Below, in pieces: positions 1 to 50,782 of a stretch of 64,000 nucleotides of DNA. Origin of the DNA: Tubiluchus corallicola. Lineage: Eukaryota; Animalia; Priapulida. The stretch lies in the NCBI GenBank assembly GCA_030141605.1, contig JAQGDQ010000138.1:1-64000 (forward strand), in the 5' to 3' direction. Position 1 is the first letter of the stretch; each line of letters opens with the position of its first letter. The notes beneath the pieces are model-generated. The model saw only the letters and a program-made list of their open reading frames with translations, did no database searches and had not been told where the DNA came from. The position numbers and the translations under genes were made by a program.

Positions 1-1
1 A

Positions 2-602
2 AGGAAAACCGGGCTCAATCTTAAACTGTATGGCAAAACAATCTACTCTGTAAAATGTTGAAAGAAAACGTACTGTTTTTTAAAGAATGGCGTACATGAA
101 AGAATTCTTACCACATAAAAGTAATTTCGCGTTTGCTCAACTAATTTTCGCTGTTACATGCACTTCGCGGTTCGCTAGTTAGACGGGCAGTAGCGCCTGC
201 GTTTCAGAAACAACACCTTGCACAAAACAGGTGCTGTACCTCTTAGTTCAGATGTGTATACGTTCGACAGCTAATGCGTGAGCACAGATGTAAAGTTGAA
301 ATTTAAATTTTTATCTTAAAACTTGTCGAGTTTTAGTTAAATACACTGAATCTCTTATAGTGGTGCTGTACTCCAATTTTTGCTTTTGCAAACACGTGCA
401 ACACTCTCATGGAAAGTTTTTTCTGTTGAAAATTATGTTGGTTTGTGATGCCATCAATAATTGGGTTCGCCCACCGTTAACTGAAATTTTAATCTGTTGA
501 TTATTTTTCAGAAACGCTTTTGCACTATTATTAATATTAATTTATATACTTTTTGCCGTACTTGAAAATGGGGTAGTATGTGAAAAATCATCCTCTCTTC
601 CT
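2..602. mobile_element. Kolobok-type MITE (AGG...CCT, TTAA at right end)
   Basis: Starts AGGAAAACCGG, the same terminus as the 44243 element, and ends TCTCTTCCT|TTAA. The left TSD lies outside the window. Confidence 0.5.
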
Positions 603-1559
603 TTAATGATTTTACTATCACCGCTATTACTTAGCACCGTTTTGCACTACGTTTCGTAAATCGATTGCAAGTAATGCCAACGATATACTGGATGTCTCAT
701 GTGGGCATACGTTTTCACAATAATTTGTAAAATGTTTATCTTAGTTTTTTTGTGAAGAACATGAATTAAGAAACCTTCCTCTATTTCTGGAATCCCGAAT
801 TAACATTATTTTCCGCTTGTCAGTTTTTAATGCAATAGTATAGTATTAGGTCAGAATAAAATTTGCAGCTGCTGATAGCTTTGAAAACATACTGGGAGTT
901 TCATAATGAAAACATGAAACTCGTTCACATTAACCTTTGATTAACGCACATTCTTAGTTTGCTGCTTAGTCAAATGTGCAGACCATACAAAATTCATCTT
1001 AAAAATTGTGTACACAGCTATGTACTAAGTACAGTACATAGATATAGAACTACGGTTGAAAATTTTCATAAAGAAACAAAAGTAAATTGCAGAATTGCAC
1101 ATACCGTTATCGATATTATTTTTGTGACAAAATAAAATGTGTTGCCTTGTATTAAAGCTAAGTATTCGTCCTTTTTTAGATTTTTGCAGTTGCTTGATAT
1201 AAATAGATCGTTAATAAATATTGATAGAACGCTATGCCATAACAAGTGGCTCCTAAACCTTACGCAGCTACAGCAAATGACTAAACGTTGATCGTACACG
1301 TTTAAGTCGTGACGTAAAAAACCCTTCGCCCGTCATTATTATTACCAGTTGGTCATAATAATTTACCCATTCCAGCAAAATTGAGTTTCAGATTATAATC
1401 TCGCATGAGATGACAACTAATCATCCTCTCCAGTTTCCACCCTTTCCAAGCTCAATATACGGAATCTTTCTCAATCTAATGCGGTTCAAATCCACCATTA
1501 AGTACATGATAATCAAATGTGCTTGGTTACAACCGTAAATGATTAAATCAGACCAATGA

Positions 1560-1565
1560 TTTATT
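1560..1565 (-). promoter_or_regulatory. Candidate polyadenylation signal (AATAAA) of the RTK gene
   Basis: tttatt on the + strand, about 775 nt past the stop codon, after an AT-rich 3'UTR; no transcript evidence. Confidence 0.4.
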
Positions 1566-2338
1566 TTTCAAACAAATTCTCAAGAGCTGTTACAATAGGA
1601 GATTTAAAGGCGTTTCGTGTGCACAGTTACTGCGAAACGTATAAAATCAGCTTTTGCTATTGCATCGTAATTATTGAAATTTATAACATTATTAACAATA
1701 TTTTTAATATAGTTGTTGAGCGTTTTTAAAATGTGATGCACTAATTAAAACTAATTGAGCAAATAAATTATCAGCATCTTCACATTCACAGCATACTGTC
1801 TCTATGTAAAATAATCAGAGCAAAGCGCAATTTACAATTCATTATTATTCGAATATAATAATATTATAGTAAAATTACTGCAATTTTATACCCATACGTA
1901 AAAGGACAGTAATTCTCATAAAAATCGTATACAATGCACTGCAAATATTAAAAGTTTACATGTACACTACGTACAAATGTGAACAATTTAATATAGATGC
2001 AGCACTACATTAAAATTGTAGATACACAGCATTCATTGCTATATATATACTATATTACTGCTAAAAATAACAAACTAAAACTTCTAAACAAACACATCGG
2101 AAACAGTAAACATTCCTGTGTTCGGAATTTTACTTGAAGAGCAAATTAGAACGACTTATCGTCACGTGTAGAAAAATGTTGCAGAATTGAAATTTTCACC
2201 TAAACAAGCTCTGTTAAAACCTGCTTCATTTTTGCAAAGTAAAAACTACAAGTGTAAGAGCAACTACTGACATTTTCTGAAGTCTGCTTCTTTTAAGAAC
2301 TTACAAAGCAACCAGTCATTAAGACAACAACTGAGTGT

Positions 2339-41378
<39,040 letters not shown>

Positions 41379-42409
41379 TGAAACGTGTATGTAGAGTATA
41401 ATTAGTAAGCAGATATCATGCCAGCGGGCACTATCTATAACGAAAAAAAACATTAACACACTATTATCCATACGGCCATAAAAATGATTAAGTGAACTAT
41501 ATTCAATATGCAGCTTGACACTGTTGTCAACTGTTATTCTTTATCTAAAGATGGTATATGTATGTATGTAGAGTACAATTATTAGACAGTGTGTTCCAGA
41601 AGAAACAGTGTAGTAGAAACATGGTGATATGCTGAAATATCCTGATCAAATCACAATGAAATGCAGTAATTTAGTGAGAGATTATATTAACTAATTTCTG
41701 AAGTTGTGCACTGATAACTGACTATATTGCCTCTCATGAAAAATACACTTAACCTCGTTAGGTTGGATGCTTTGAAAAATATGCTATATTGACTTTAATG
41801 AACACAGGCTTCTGCAATATAGCCCAATAACGATGCAAACATGCTCTCTAGTTATCCTACCATATAAGTTGGTTTTTCACATTCCAGTAATATCCGTTTC
41901 GACTGTATTGCTTCTTCTGAAACACCCTGCACATGCTCAATAAAGTGATATCCATATTATAGCTAATTCAACGTTAGTTAAGTCGTAATTCTAAAATTTG
42001 CGTACGGGGTAAATTTGCACAAATATTAAACTGCGCAAAGAACACCGCACGGTGACAAACAATTTCGCATAGAATAGCCTTTAACTGAAGATGTATCATT
42101 AAGTCAACATGTCAGTTAAGTTACTGTCGCAGGATTGCATTGAATTTTAATTAAGAAGCGTTAGAACGTTTCTACTTTCGAGTAAATGTTTGAATAGCTT
42201 CTTGCGAGCAGAGTGTCACAACCACTTTTAAAATAGTGGGAAGGGGACTAGCTGAGTGATTACGATGTGCTTCTTGACGACAAAGTTAAGCTGGCCTACC
42301 TGGCCGGCAAATGGATGGATGACTGCGGGAAAAAACTGGCTCTGGAGCGTCGTGATGTTTAATTTGTTTCTTTCAGGGGAAGATGTGCAGGCGGCGCTGA
42401 GACACTACC

Positions 42410-42580
42410 ACCTAGACACTAAGACATAGACATTACGACTGGTTTTACTACGACCTAGACACTAAGACATAGACATTACGACTGATCTTACTACGACCTA
42501 GACATTAAGACATAAACATTACGACTGGAATTACTGCGACCTAGACACTAATACGACCTTTCCAGACACTAGACACTATG
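42410..42580 (+). repeat. 43-bp minisatellite, 3 full copies and a partial copy
   Basis: Unit ACCTAGACACTAAGACATAGACATTACGACTGGTTTTACTACG starting at 42410, 42453, 42496 and 42539. Confidence 0.9.
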
Positions 42581-42799
42581 CTAATATCCATTTATCAGGT
42601 AGTCCTTGACAATGAGTAATGCTGTACTGTGGCAACCATCAAAGTTAATAACCCAGCGCCAAGTACTGGATACCCGGGCTAAGCTTACAATGTGTCGATC
42701 TGCAAGAAACTCTGTTATCATTCCTCAACATTATTTGTCCTTATCAGTCGAGAAGTCTATACGTTGATTCTTTTTGCATATTTGCTTATGTTAAGGTGT

Positions 42800-43420
42800 T
42801 GTTAAATTTCTGTTGGCTTTTCTTACAATAGAGGAGTATACAGAGAGAAGCAGGAACTTTCACAATTTGTGCATTGAGTTCTGAAACGCCTTTAGTACTT
42901 GTGTAGTTTTTCTTACTTGTCTGGCGATTTTTTCACACGTGTGATAGAGTTCCTCTTCATTATAATTGCTACCTGCAGCAAGATTTCCTGACCAAATCTA
43001 TGGTTTCTCAATAGTTGACATTTATACTGAAGGATTGCAGTTCTTTCTTTAGTATATCCTTGAACTTCAAGTGGCAGTTTGGTTGTTGTTCATTTAGTTC
43101 TTCATAGAACAGACGTTTGGCAATTCTGTCGTCGGGCAACCTGTCTCACGCAGGTGGTGGTGTTATGTCATCTACAACGGGGAGATCTTTTTTAGTATCG
43201 AATACTTCCGAGTTGGTATCATGTTTCTTCCATGATATGCCGAGGTTTTTATCAAGATTCATTTGGTAGTATGAATCAAGCTTTTGGGTCTGATAGGAAT
43301 ATTGTGTGCCTTTTGATTCCATAGGGAAAGATGCTAAGGACACGTGCTTTATATACATTCATGCTGGCTCTGATCCTGAGTTTGTTGTTTTACCAGGCTC
43401 TGCTTTTCGTTTTGGTCATA
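42800..43420 (-). mobile_element. RTE (BovB-like) LINE 3' fragment
   Basis: Minus-strand remnants LDSYYQMNLDKNLGISWKKHDTNSEV and RLPDDRIAKRLFYEEL...LKFKDILK, then C..C...C.S, all typical of the RTE ORF C-terminus. Confidence 0.7.
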
Positions 43421-44242
43421 ATAGGCCTTACTAGTTCCGTTACTGAGCTCTTGGTTCAGGTTAAGATTGCTCGTTATTGTCGATCAGAGGTACTGAAACG
43501 TTTAAACGACATCAAAGTCCATTTAGAATAGCCCTGCGTAGCAAATAATTTATTGGTAACGATTAAACGTTTCTGCTACAATTCACGTGTAGTAGATTGT
43601 ACTATTTATTTTCTATAGTACTATAGTATTGTCTATTGTACTAGTAACTAGTAACTTTCAAACAATTACTGCTGCAGTGCGAATACAGTTTAAGTAAACA
43701 ACTTTCAAAGTGAATGCAGTTTTGCAAAACATTTCAGTGCGCTTACAGTCTAAGTGAACTGTTTTAATGCTTTAATTAAGCCATTTTAGAATGCACGCTC
43801 AAGTGCACAAATTTACTGCGAACAGGATTCCACTTCGTCGCACAATAATAAAAGCAATAATTGTTCACGTAGATTTGCCAATCGTTTTAAATAACAAAAC
43901 TTCAAAAAAGCGATCTCAAAAAAGAAGCCAAGCGTCCAACTATTATGATTTATTCAGAGAATTGTCAGATAATCAGGCTATAACAATCTTTCCATAAAAA
44001 TAGGTTGAGCTGAAATCACTATGAAATGCGCAATTCTATTTTCGTTCAAATAATTCTTTTCTCCCAAAATGAGTAAAAGATGAACAAATAATCAAAGTAA
44101 ATTTGGCTTGTGAGCTTGTCCATTATGTCCAGCGATTAATACTTTCCAAGGCAAAAGCGTTTTCAAACACTAACACCTTCTGTTTGTCTGCCTGTCCGTC
44201 TTCAATTCATCCACCTACCTACTAGATGCGGCTGTCCCTTAA

Positions 44243-44787
44243 AGGAAAACCGGATGATTGTGTAAGCATTAGTTCAGAATAAAGAATGCTCTAAAATATT
44301 GACAACTACAATAGCTTTTTTAAATCAAAGCTTAGATTAAATCATAATTACCTCGGATAATCAAATTTCGTTAAACTTTCAAAGCTACGTGCGGCTCAGT
44401 GAATCTACTAAGATTGGCAGCGGCGCCTTTTTGTCACATTCACGTGGCCGACAAATAGAAGGCGGTACCATGATTAGCATGATCATGAACTGCAGTGTTA
44501 GTTTCTGACGTCATATGATGTAAGGCCCATTTGTGACATCATGCGTTTAAACAGTACTGTAACACTTACGCAAATGTGCTTGATGGGCAAGGGAAGGCGC
44601 CTGCCGTTGCACAAACTCTGATTAGTTTCTGACGTAAGCAATAGCTGTGTTCGGTTGTCGTTAATTAACTTTCTAAGCTAATTATTCAAATATAAGGAAC
44701 AATTGTTAATTTTTATAGGCAAGTAAATGTATATTTTGGACAGTAAATTAAAATGAGATTGAGTCTAAACAATCGTCAGGACTTCCT
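44243..44787. mobile_element. Kolobok-type MITE family B, copy 1
   Basis: TTAA|AGGAAAACCGG ... GACTTCCT|TTAA; highly similar to 45568-46392. Confidence 0.82.
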
Positions 44788-45567
44788 TTAACAAATGATC
44801 AACTTTGAGCTGCAAGATAGGCTTAAAGGTGGAAATATGAAGCCACTTTCACGTCAGAATAATTGATGGGCACAACTAGATATGCAGCCTGCAATCGGAT
44901 CATCATAATTGCTGATGTTGATATTACAGAGCTCATGCAACTTTCGACTGTCTCAGGCAATATTCGACTATCTCCAGTTTCCTTCTAATCTTGAGCTTCT
45001 AACTTCTAACGTTGATAATTTAGAAAATTGGTGGCCTTTCTAGTGTATTTCCGATTAATTATTTTTCTTTAATTACATTGTTCTTTGCCGAGTCGCAGTG
45101 TGCAATCTCGCATTCGTTCACAAAGCGCGTTTAATTTGATACGTGATGGATTTAGATGAAGCCTCGTGGAAAAATAAAATGAAATGAATCAGAATTAATA
45201 ATCTTCACGCTCGAAAAGTTACGAGTTTAAAACATAATTGACTGAATGGCGTGTTTAGTGGAATAATTTTAGGAAAATAATTACACAGGCAGTTTTCTAG
45301 CTGACCCTAAAATGCTTAAATGGACTAATTAATATGATAATAAGGACAGCGTTAATGGCGAGCATTTTTTTGGCCTAGGGTTTACCGATTTTAAGACCGA
45401 TTTCAGACTACACATTTTCAGACACACATTAAGATACGCTCACGTTAATTAAGAATTAAAATTACATCTATTTGATAGTGCAGTTACATCTGATTACAAA
45501 ATAACGTGAAAACGCAAACATCACAAACAGTATTAGCGTGTGCGTTAATAAAGGTATTTCAGTTTCA

Positions 45568-46392
45568 AGGAAAACCAGATGATTGTGTAAACATTAATTC
45601 AGAAAAAACACTCTAAAGTATTGAAAACTACAATAGCTTTTTGTAAATCAAAGCTTAGATTAAATAATAATTACCTCGGATACTCAAATTTCGTTAAACT
45701 TTCAAAGCTACGCACGGCTCGGTGAATCTAGTAAGATTGGAAGGGGCGCTTTTTTGTCACATTCGCGTGACCGACAAATAGAAGGCGGTACCGTGGATAA
45801 GCATAATCATGAACTTTCGCGTTAGTTTCTGACGTCATAATTATGATGCAGAGCCCATTTTCGTGACATCATGCGTTTAAACAGTACTGTAACACTTATG
45901 CAAATGTTATAAGATTTATCTACAATTTCGGTAGTTTTCGCGAATAAATATCCTAAGTTCATAGCTCTTCAACAAGCCATAGAACCAGCTAAAAAACCTG
46001 CAGGAGGACAAATGTTAACATATTTAGATTTTGCACAGAAAGGTTTAAACACTTCAGCATTGATCCTTAGAAATAAATGTACTAGGGGCATTGCGGCGAG
46101 CAGGGAGTCCCGGCATAGGGAGGTGAGCAGAATCATGTCACTGGACGTGTGATTCATTGGATGATGATGATGATATGCAAATGTGCTTGATGAGAGCAAG
46201 GGAGATGCCTGCCATTGCACAATCTGTGTTTAGTTTCTGACGTAAACAATAGCTGTGTTCGGTTGCCGTTAATTAACTTTCTAAGCTAATTATTCAAATA
46301 TAAAGAACAATTGTTATCTTCTGTGGGCAAGAAAATGTATATTTTGGACAGTAAATTAAAATGAGATTGAGTCTAGACAATCCGGTCTTCCT
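45568..46392. mobile_element. Kolobok-type MITE family B, copy 2, with nested insertion at 45908-46173
   Basis: AGGAAAACCAG ... CCGGTCTTCCT|TTAA; the extra 266 bp is flanked by an 11-bp direct repeat TATGCAAATGT. Confidence 0.8.
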
Positions 46393-48530
46393 TTAACATT
46401 ATTATGATCGCTGAGATTATATTAAAATGTGTTTATTTGCGTTTGAAGCCTTCGTGGTTCACGGCAACTAGATAGACGCTAAGTCAAAAACCTTAGCCCC
46501 AAAATAGAGGGAACATAGAATGTTTATTCGCGAAAACTACCGAAACTGTAGATAACTCTAAAATTTGCTGCTGTTGTTTCATTGCCATAGACACAGTGAT
46601 ATATTTTTAACAACAGCGGAGAGAAGTGTTCAGTTTGCCTAGGTTTTGTTTTCTAATGACGTATGTAATGATGTAGAGATCTACAGGAAACAAACAAACA
46701 AACTACATTGAACTGGCTTTCATTATAACATAAAGAGCCTGCGTTTGATTCCTTCAAGCAGCTTAAAGCACAACAAAAACCCTCCACTTACGTACAGCTT
46801 TAAAAATTCGTCTTGAAATTTTTATACCACTTGCATGTTACCTTTTTGCATACAGGGCTTGCGTCGGCAGTAACGCTGTATAAAAAGTGTTAATTCAAAC
46901 TCCCGCGATGACCGTTAGATGCAGCTATTTTTACGATAAGTCATTTGAAACAAGTTTCGATAACACTGAGTAAAGTTTGAAAAAATAATCAGAGCATTCG
47001 TAGCGCACACGTAACTAACTAAATAAAATTTAAAATTACTGTATCTTGTCAATAAGATTAAAAATACGTTTTTGGTTAGTGAGTGGTGCACATTGGAAGT
47101 GAGTCAATGACATATTGCCAATTAGCGAAAGCATTTTAAATAACCAATCATTTTCTTTTTTTAATTACACAAGTCTTTCAAGCAGGTAAGCATAATATAG
47201 CAGCTAAATAATATAACTTTGCATGGAAAGTTTTTGGAACATGGTTGAACATTTCCTTTTGTTCCCCTGATTAAATTTCTGCGTACGTCATGTAATGGTC
47301 TGAACAGTATTGAAAAGTACGAACAGTATTAAAATGAAAACAAACAAAAAATCCGATATAAACGATATACGTATAAAATTGCTACAAAGTAATATAATTT
47401 TTAAGCGATTTTTCTGAAACCTACTTCAGGTACCCTTTTAAAGTCTTCTTTCCTTGCTAAACTTACCTAACGTCCGAACAGGGTTCTGAAATTGATAGGT
47501 CACCTTCACTTACTTCAACTGTCCAAGGAAATTAAACCAATAAATGCAGCAAAATAAAAGCACGAAAATATATTCACATTGGAACGCATACAAAAAATTG
47601 CTTGCACATACAATGCAAGTTGCACTGTACTAATAATTCTACAGTTTCGACACAATCCTGCCTGTGACAGGTGAAAAGAATTTCTTTTTAGCACGATGTC
47701 CTGCGCTCACAACGTGTCAATTGTTTATCCCATTTGGCAGCAACTTTCTCTTTCTCATCCTTATAAACCCGTTCAGTTATTCTCTTGTTAGCAGCTCGTT
47801 AAGTGCTAAAACGAATGAAACGTTGAAACGCGCTTAGGTTCTTTTGAAAGGTGTACAATAACGAGCAGGAAATATCTGATTTCTCGAATGTCAGAATACA
47901 AATGATATTAACACGTTTTCCATGCCAACTGAAATCAAAACGTTTCCCCCTCCCAAAAAAGTAGTTCATTTCATAGCCGTGCGGACTGATTTTTCCAAGG
48001 GGAGGGGGGGTGAAAAATCACCTGTCTGAAAAATACGGCGCCAACTTCGAGTCGGGAGTTATCTCACCTTACCACATGATTAAAAAAAATGCCCGGATTT
48101 CGGGCACTTCCTTTGGCGTCATCGAGAAATTTAGAAATTTTGTTTTATGAAAAATATTATTTATTTTTCCATCATTTGGCTGGTGCCCAAGCAGCTCGTA
48201 CGCCTATGGTTCATTTCGAAACACATGACCAGATACATCCATCTCAAATAATATATTTGTTGAAAATAACGAAAAACTAGTCGGGATTGCGAACCGTTGG
48301 GTTATTCGTCATTGATTTTTTTTTCTGCTCAAATGCCTGGATATGGCATTTTGAACGTCATTCATTGATGTCATAAATCCGTTTTTTGTGAATATGTCAT
48401 TTACACCACCTTTTACCGTTGCTATTGAATCCGCTTTCTTTGCACAGATTTAGAGTACAGAGTAACTCTATTGTATAAGTAATTAGACTGGTTATTTAAC
48501 AAAAACATGGCATTATATAACAAATCACAA

Positions 48531-48608
48531 AATTCGTTGTTATGTAAGATTTTTGTACGTCACGATACAATTCGTCATTATGTAAGATTTTTGTGCGTCA
48601 CGATACAA
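48531..48608 (+). repeat. 38-bp tandem duplication
   Basis: AATTCGTTGTTATGTAAGATTTTTGTACGTCACGATAC followed by a copy with 3 mismatches. Confidence 0.85.
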
Positions 48609-48704
48609 CAATCAATACGTTTATGTAACAATTACGCAAAAATTGCTACTTAATGATTGTTACATAATGACAAATTTTATGATTAGTTACATAACAAGCT
48701 TCAC

Positions 48705-48743
<39 letters not shown>

Positions 48744-48821
48744 GGTCACACCTACACGGTTCACCAAAGTTTTGAATCAGAATTTTATCGCTATTGGTAC
48801 AGGGTTTAAGCCATGTTTCGC

Positions 48822-49030
48822 TCAGTGCGAATCCGCTAATTCAGTTAATTCTTCAAGTTTTGAGTTAGAGTTGTTAGTTTGTAGACTCTGGACATTGGCA
48901 TGTACAAGTGAAAGGTTGCCCCTTAGTGGGCCAAGATTCAACTCAACGTCGCATGATAATAGGATCAATAAACTTACAGTAAACTGGGACTTACATGTAC
49001 AAATAATCAATAAAGTAGCAATGTAAAAAA
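48822..49030 (-). mobile_element. N-terminal fragment of a CR1/L2-group LINE ORF2 with a 2A-like motif and the start of the APE endonuclease
   Basis: LLILLSCDVELNLGP|LRGNLSLVHANVQSLQTNNSNSKLEELTEL: a degenerate DxExNPGP motif followed by the H.NV.SL...K..EL APE start. Confidence 0.75.
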
Positions 49031-50407
49031 CGAATGAAACAGGTAAGCTTGCCCGCAACATAGTAGTCATGTTAGGAATTAGTTTTACATCAAATGTCAT
49101 TTGTGCAAAAAAACTTACATCTAGTTTACTAAAATTATTAAAACGACATAAATGCATGATTTGAAACATTCAATTACAGGAACGATTATAAAACAATAGC
49201 ATAAAAAACGGACAAACCAGAACGTGACACCAGAAATAGTTCTGAAATGAAATCAGCAAACATTATGTTCGCACAATTACGGGGGTCTTGCTCGCGGTTT
49301 TACGTAGGAAAATAATCTGTCATTTGATTGCTTCGCTGCGCTATATCTATAGTAATTATAATAAGAATAATAGAAGCAATCACAATCCTATCAGCAATGA
49401 CATTCACAACATATAGTTATTAATCTCATAAAGGAAAACTAGTTGCTCTCAGCAAGAGAGAAAAAGAACAAACATTGCAGTAATTACTAATTTAATTAAG
49501 TTAAGTAGTAACCTGTTCTTTGTCTAAAATTTACTAAACTGAAACATGTGTATATTTTATATATTGAATTATATCAGTAAAAATATACGCTAATATATTA
49601 CTAATTAGTTAATCTGCAAATAGAGGCATCATATGTAATTGTGCAATATTCATGGTTGTAAATTATATATGATGATTATGTGATAACATGCAGTGACCTG
49701 TTTGAGGATTTAGTTCTTTTTTGTCATACATGGCACACTGTTATAAGCACAACCTTCGTATTGATCATCACCATATAATCTTACTGTTTGCATTTTGCTC
49801 ATGTATAAAATGTACATATTTATCTTTTCATGGCTATCAAATAAAATAAATCAATATATAAATAAAGATTTATTGTAATCGACCTTACCAAAAAAATTAT
49901 TAAACGAACGAGACGGGCATCACGGCATAATAGGCAGTTTTAAATTATAGAGCTATTTCGCAAGCAAGCAATTCAAAAACTGTTGCGCTTATACATTGCG
50001 AAAATTTTCAAGTTTTGTATTATGACTTAAAAACATAAACAATAGAAAAAACAGTAAAGAACCAGACAACGAGAAAATCCTAAAAAGCAAAGACCGCAAC
50101 CAATTTCAATCATCGTTTCACGTGAAAGCGGATTTCGTCCAGCAAAGGTAAGCCACGGCTTTGTAGCATTTTGTCCGCGCGTTTTGCTCGGCGCATCTGT
50201 GCATGAATCATACAGTACAAAAAACCTATGCACAATGTCGATCATATCAATTGGGAGTTGACTTATAGCAAAAAATTGATAAAGTCGTAATCAGCATGGC
50301 GGTGGTGATGCTGATAGTGGCTTTGGCGGCGGCGTCGGCGATGGTGGTTGCGTGATAACCTTTTAAAAAACCTAAGGCTTTGTGAACAGAAGTTCATATG
50401 AATATAC

Positions 50408-50782
50408 TAGAGTGAATTCCTCACCGACTGATGGAGTCGGATTTTTGATCCGATATCTTGTATTCAAGATGGCTTTAATAACATCATTTTCGAAGGGAGC
50501 CTAATGTTCCACCAATTCGTAAAAGGTTGTCATGAATGTTTTTAGGTAACACTGCAGTATGAATTCAGCATCGATTTTGAATTCAATTAAGATTGTATCA
50601 AGAACATCATTTTCGAAAAAGCCTAACACTCCGCCAATTTGCAGTGGATCGATCCACCGTCCAGCAGTGAGTCTCTCGGCCAATAGTTCGTGTCAAACCT
50701 ATCATTACAGTCAGAGACCACTCTACGTAAAAAGGAGTCGCCGAGACCTTTCGACTAATCCAGTGCTGAGGAATTCATGGTA
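50408..50782. mobile_element. MITE with about 20-bp imperfect TIRs (Academ-like TAG terminus)
   Basis: TAGAGTGAATTCCTCACCGACTG ... CAGTGCTGAGGAATTCATGGTA; core 11-bp perfect inverted repeat. Confidence 0.55.

Noticed and set aside
41379-41471. N-terminal extension MDNSVLMFFF... of ORF 41139..41471
   Set aside because: It runs through a polypyrimidine tract and acceptor, so it is most likely intron plus 5'UTR. The signal peptide fits the downstream ATGs.
42410-42580. CRISPR-like regularly spaced repeat
   Set aside because: The 43-bp units are contiguous with no unique spacers, there are no cas genes, and the context is eukaryotic. It is a minisatellite.
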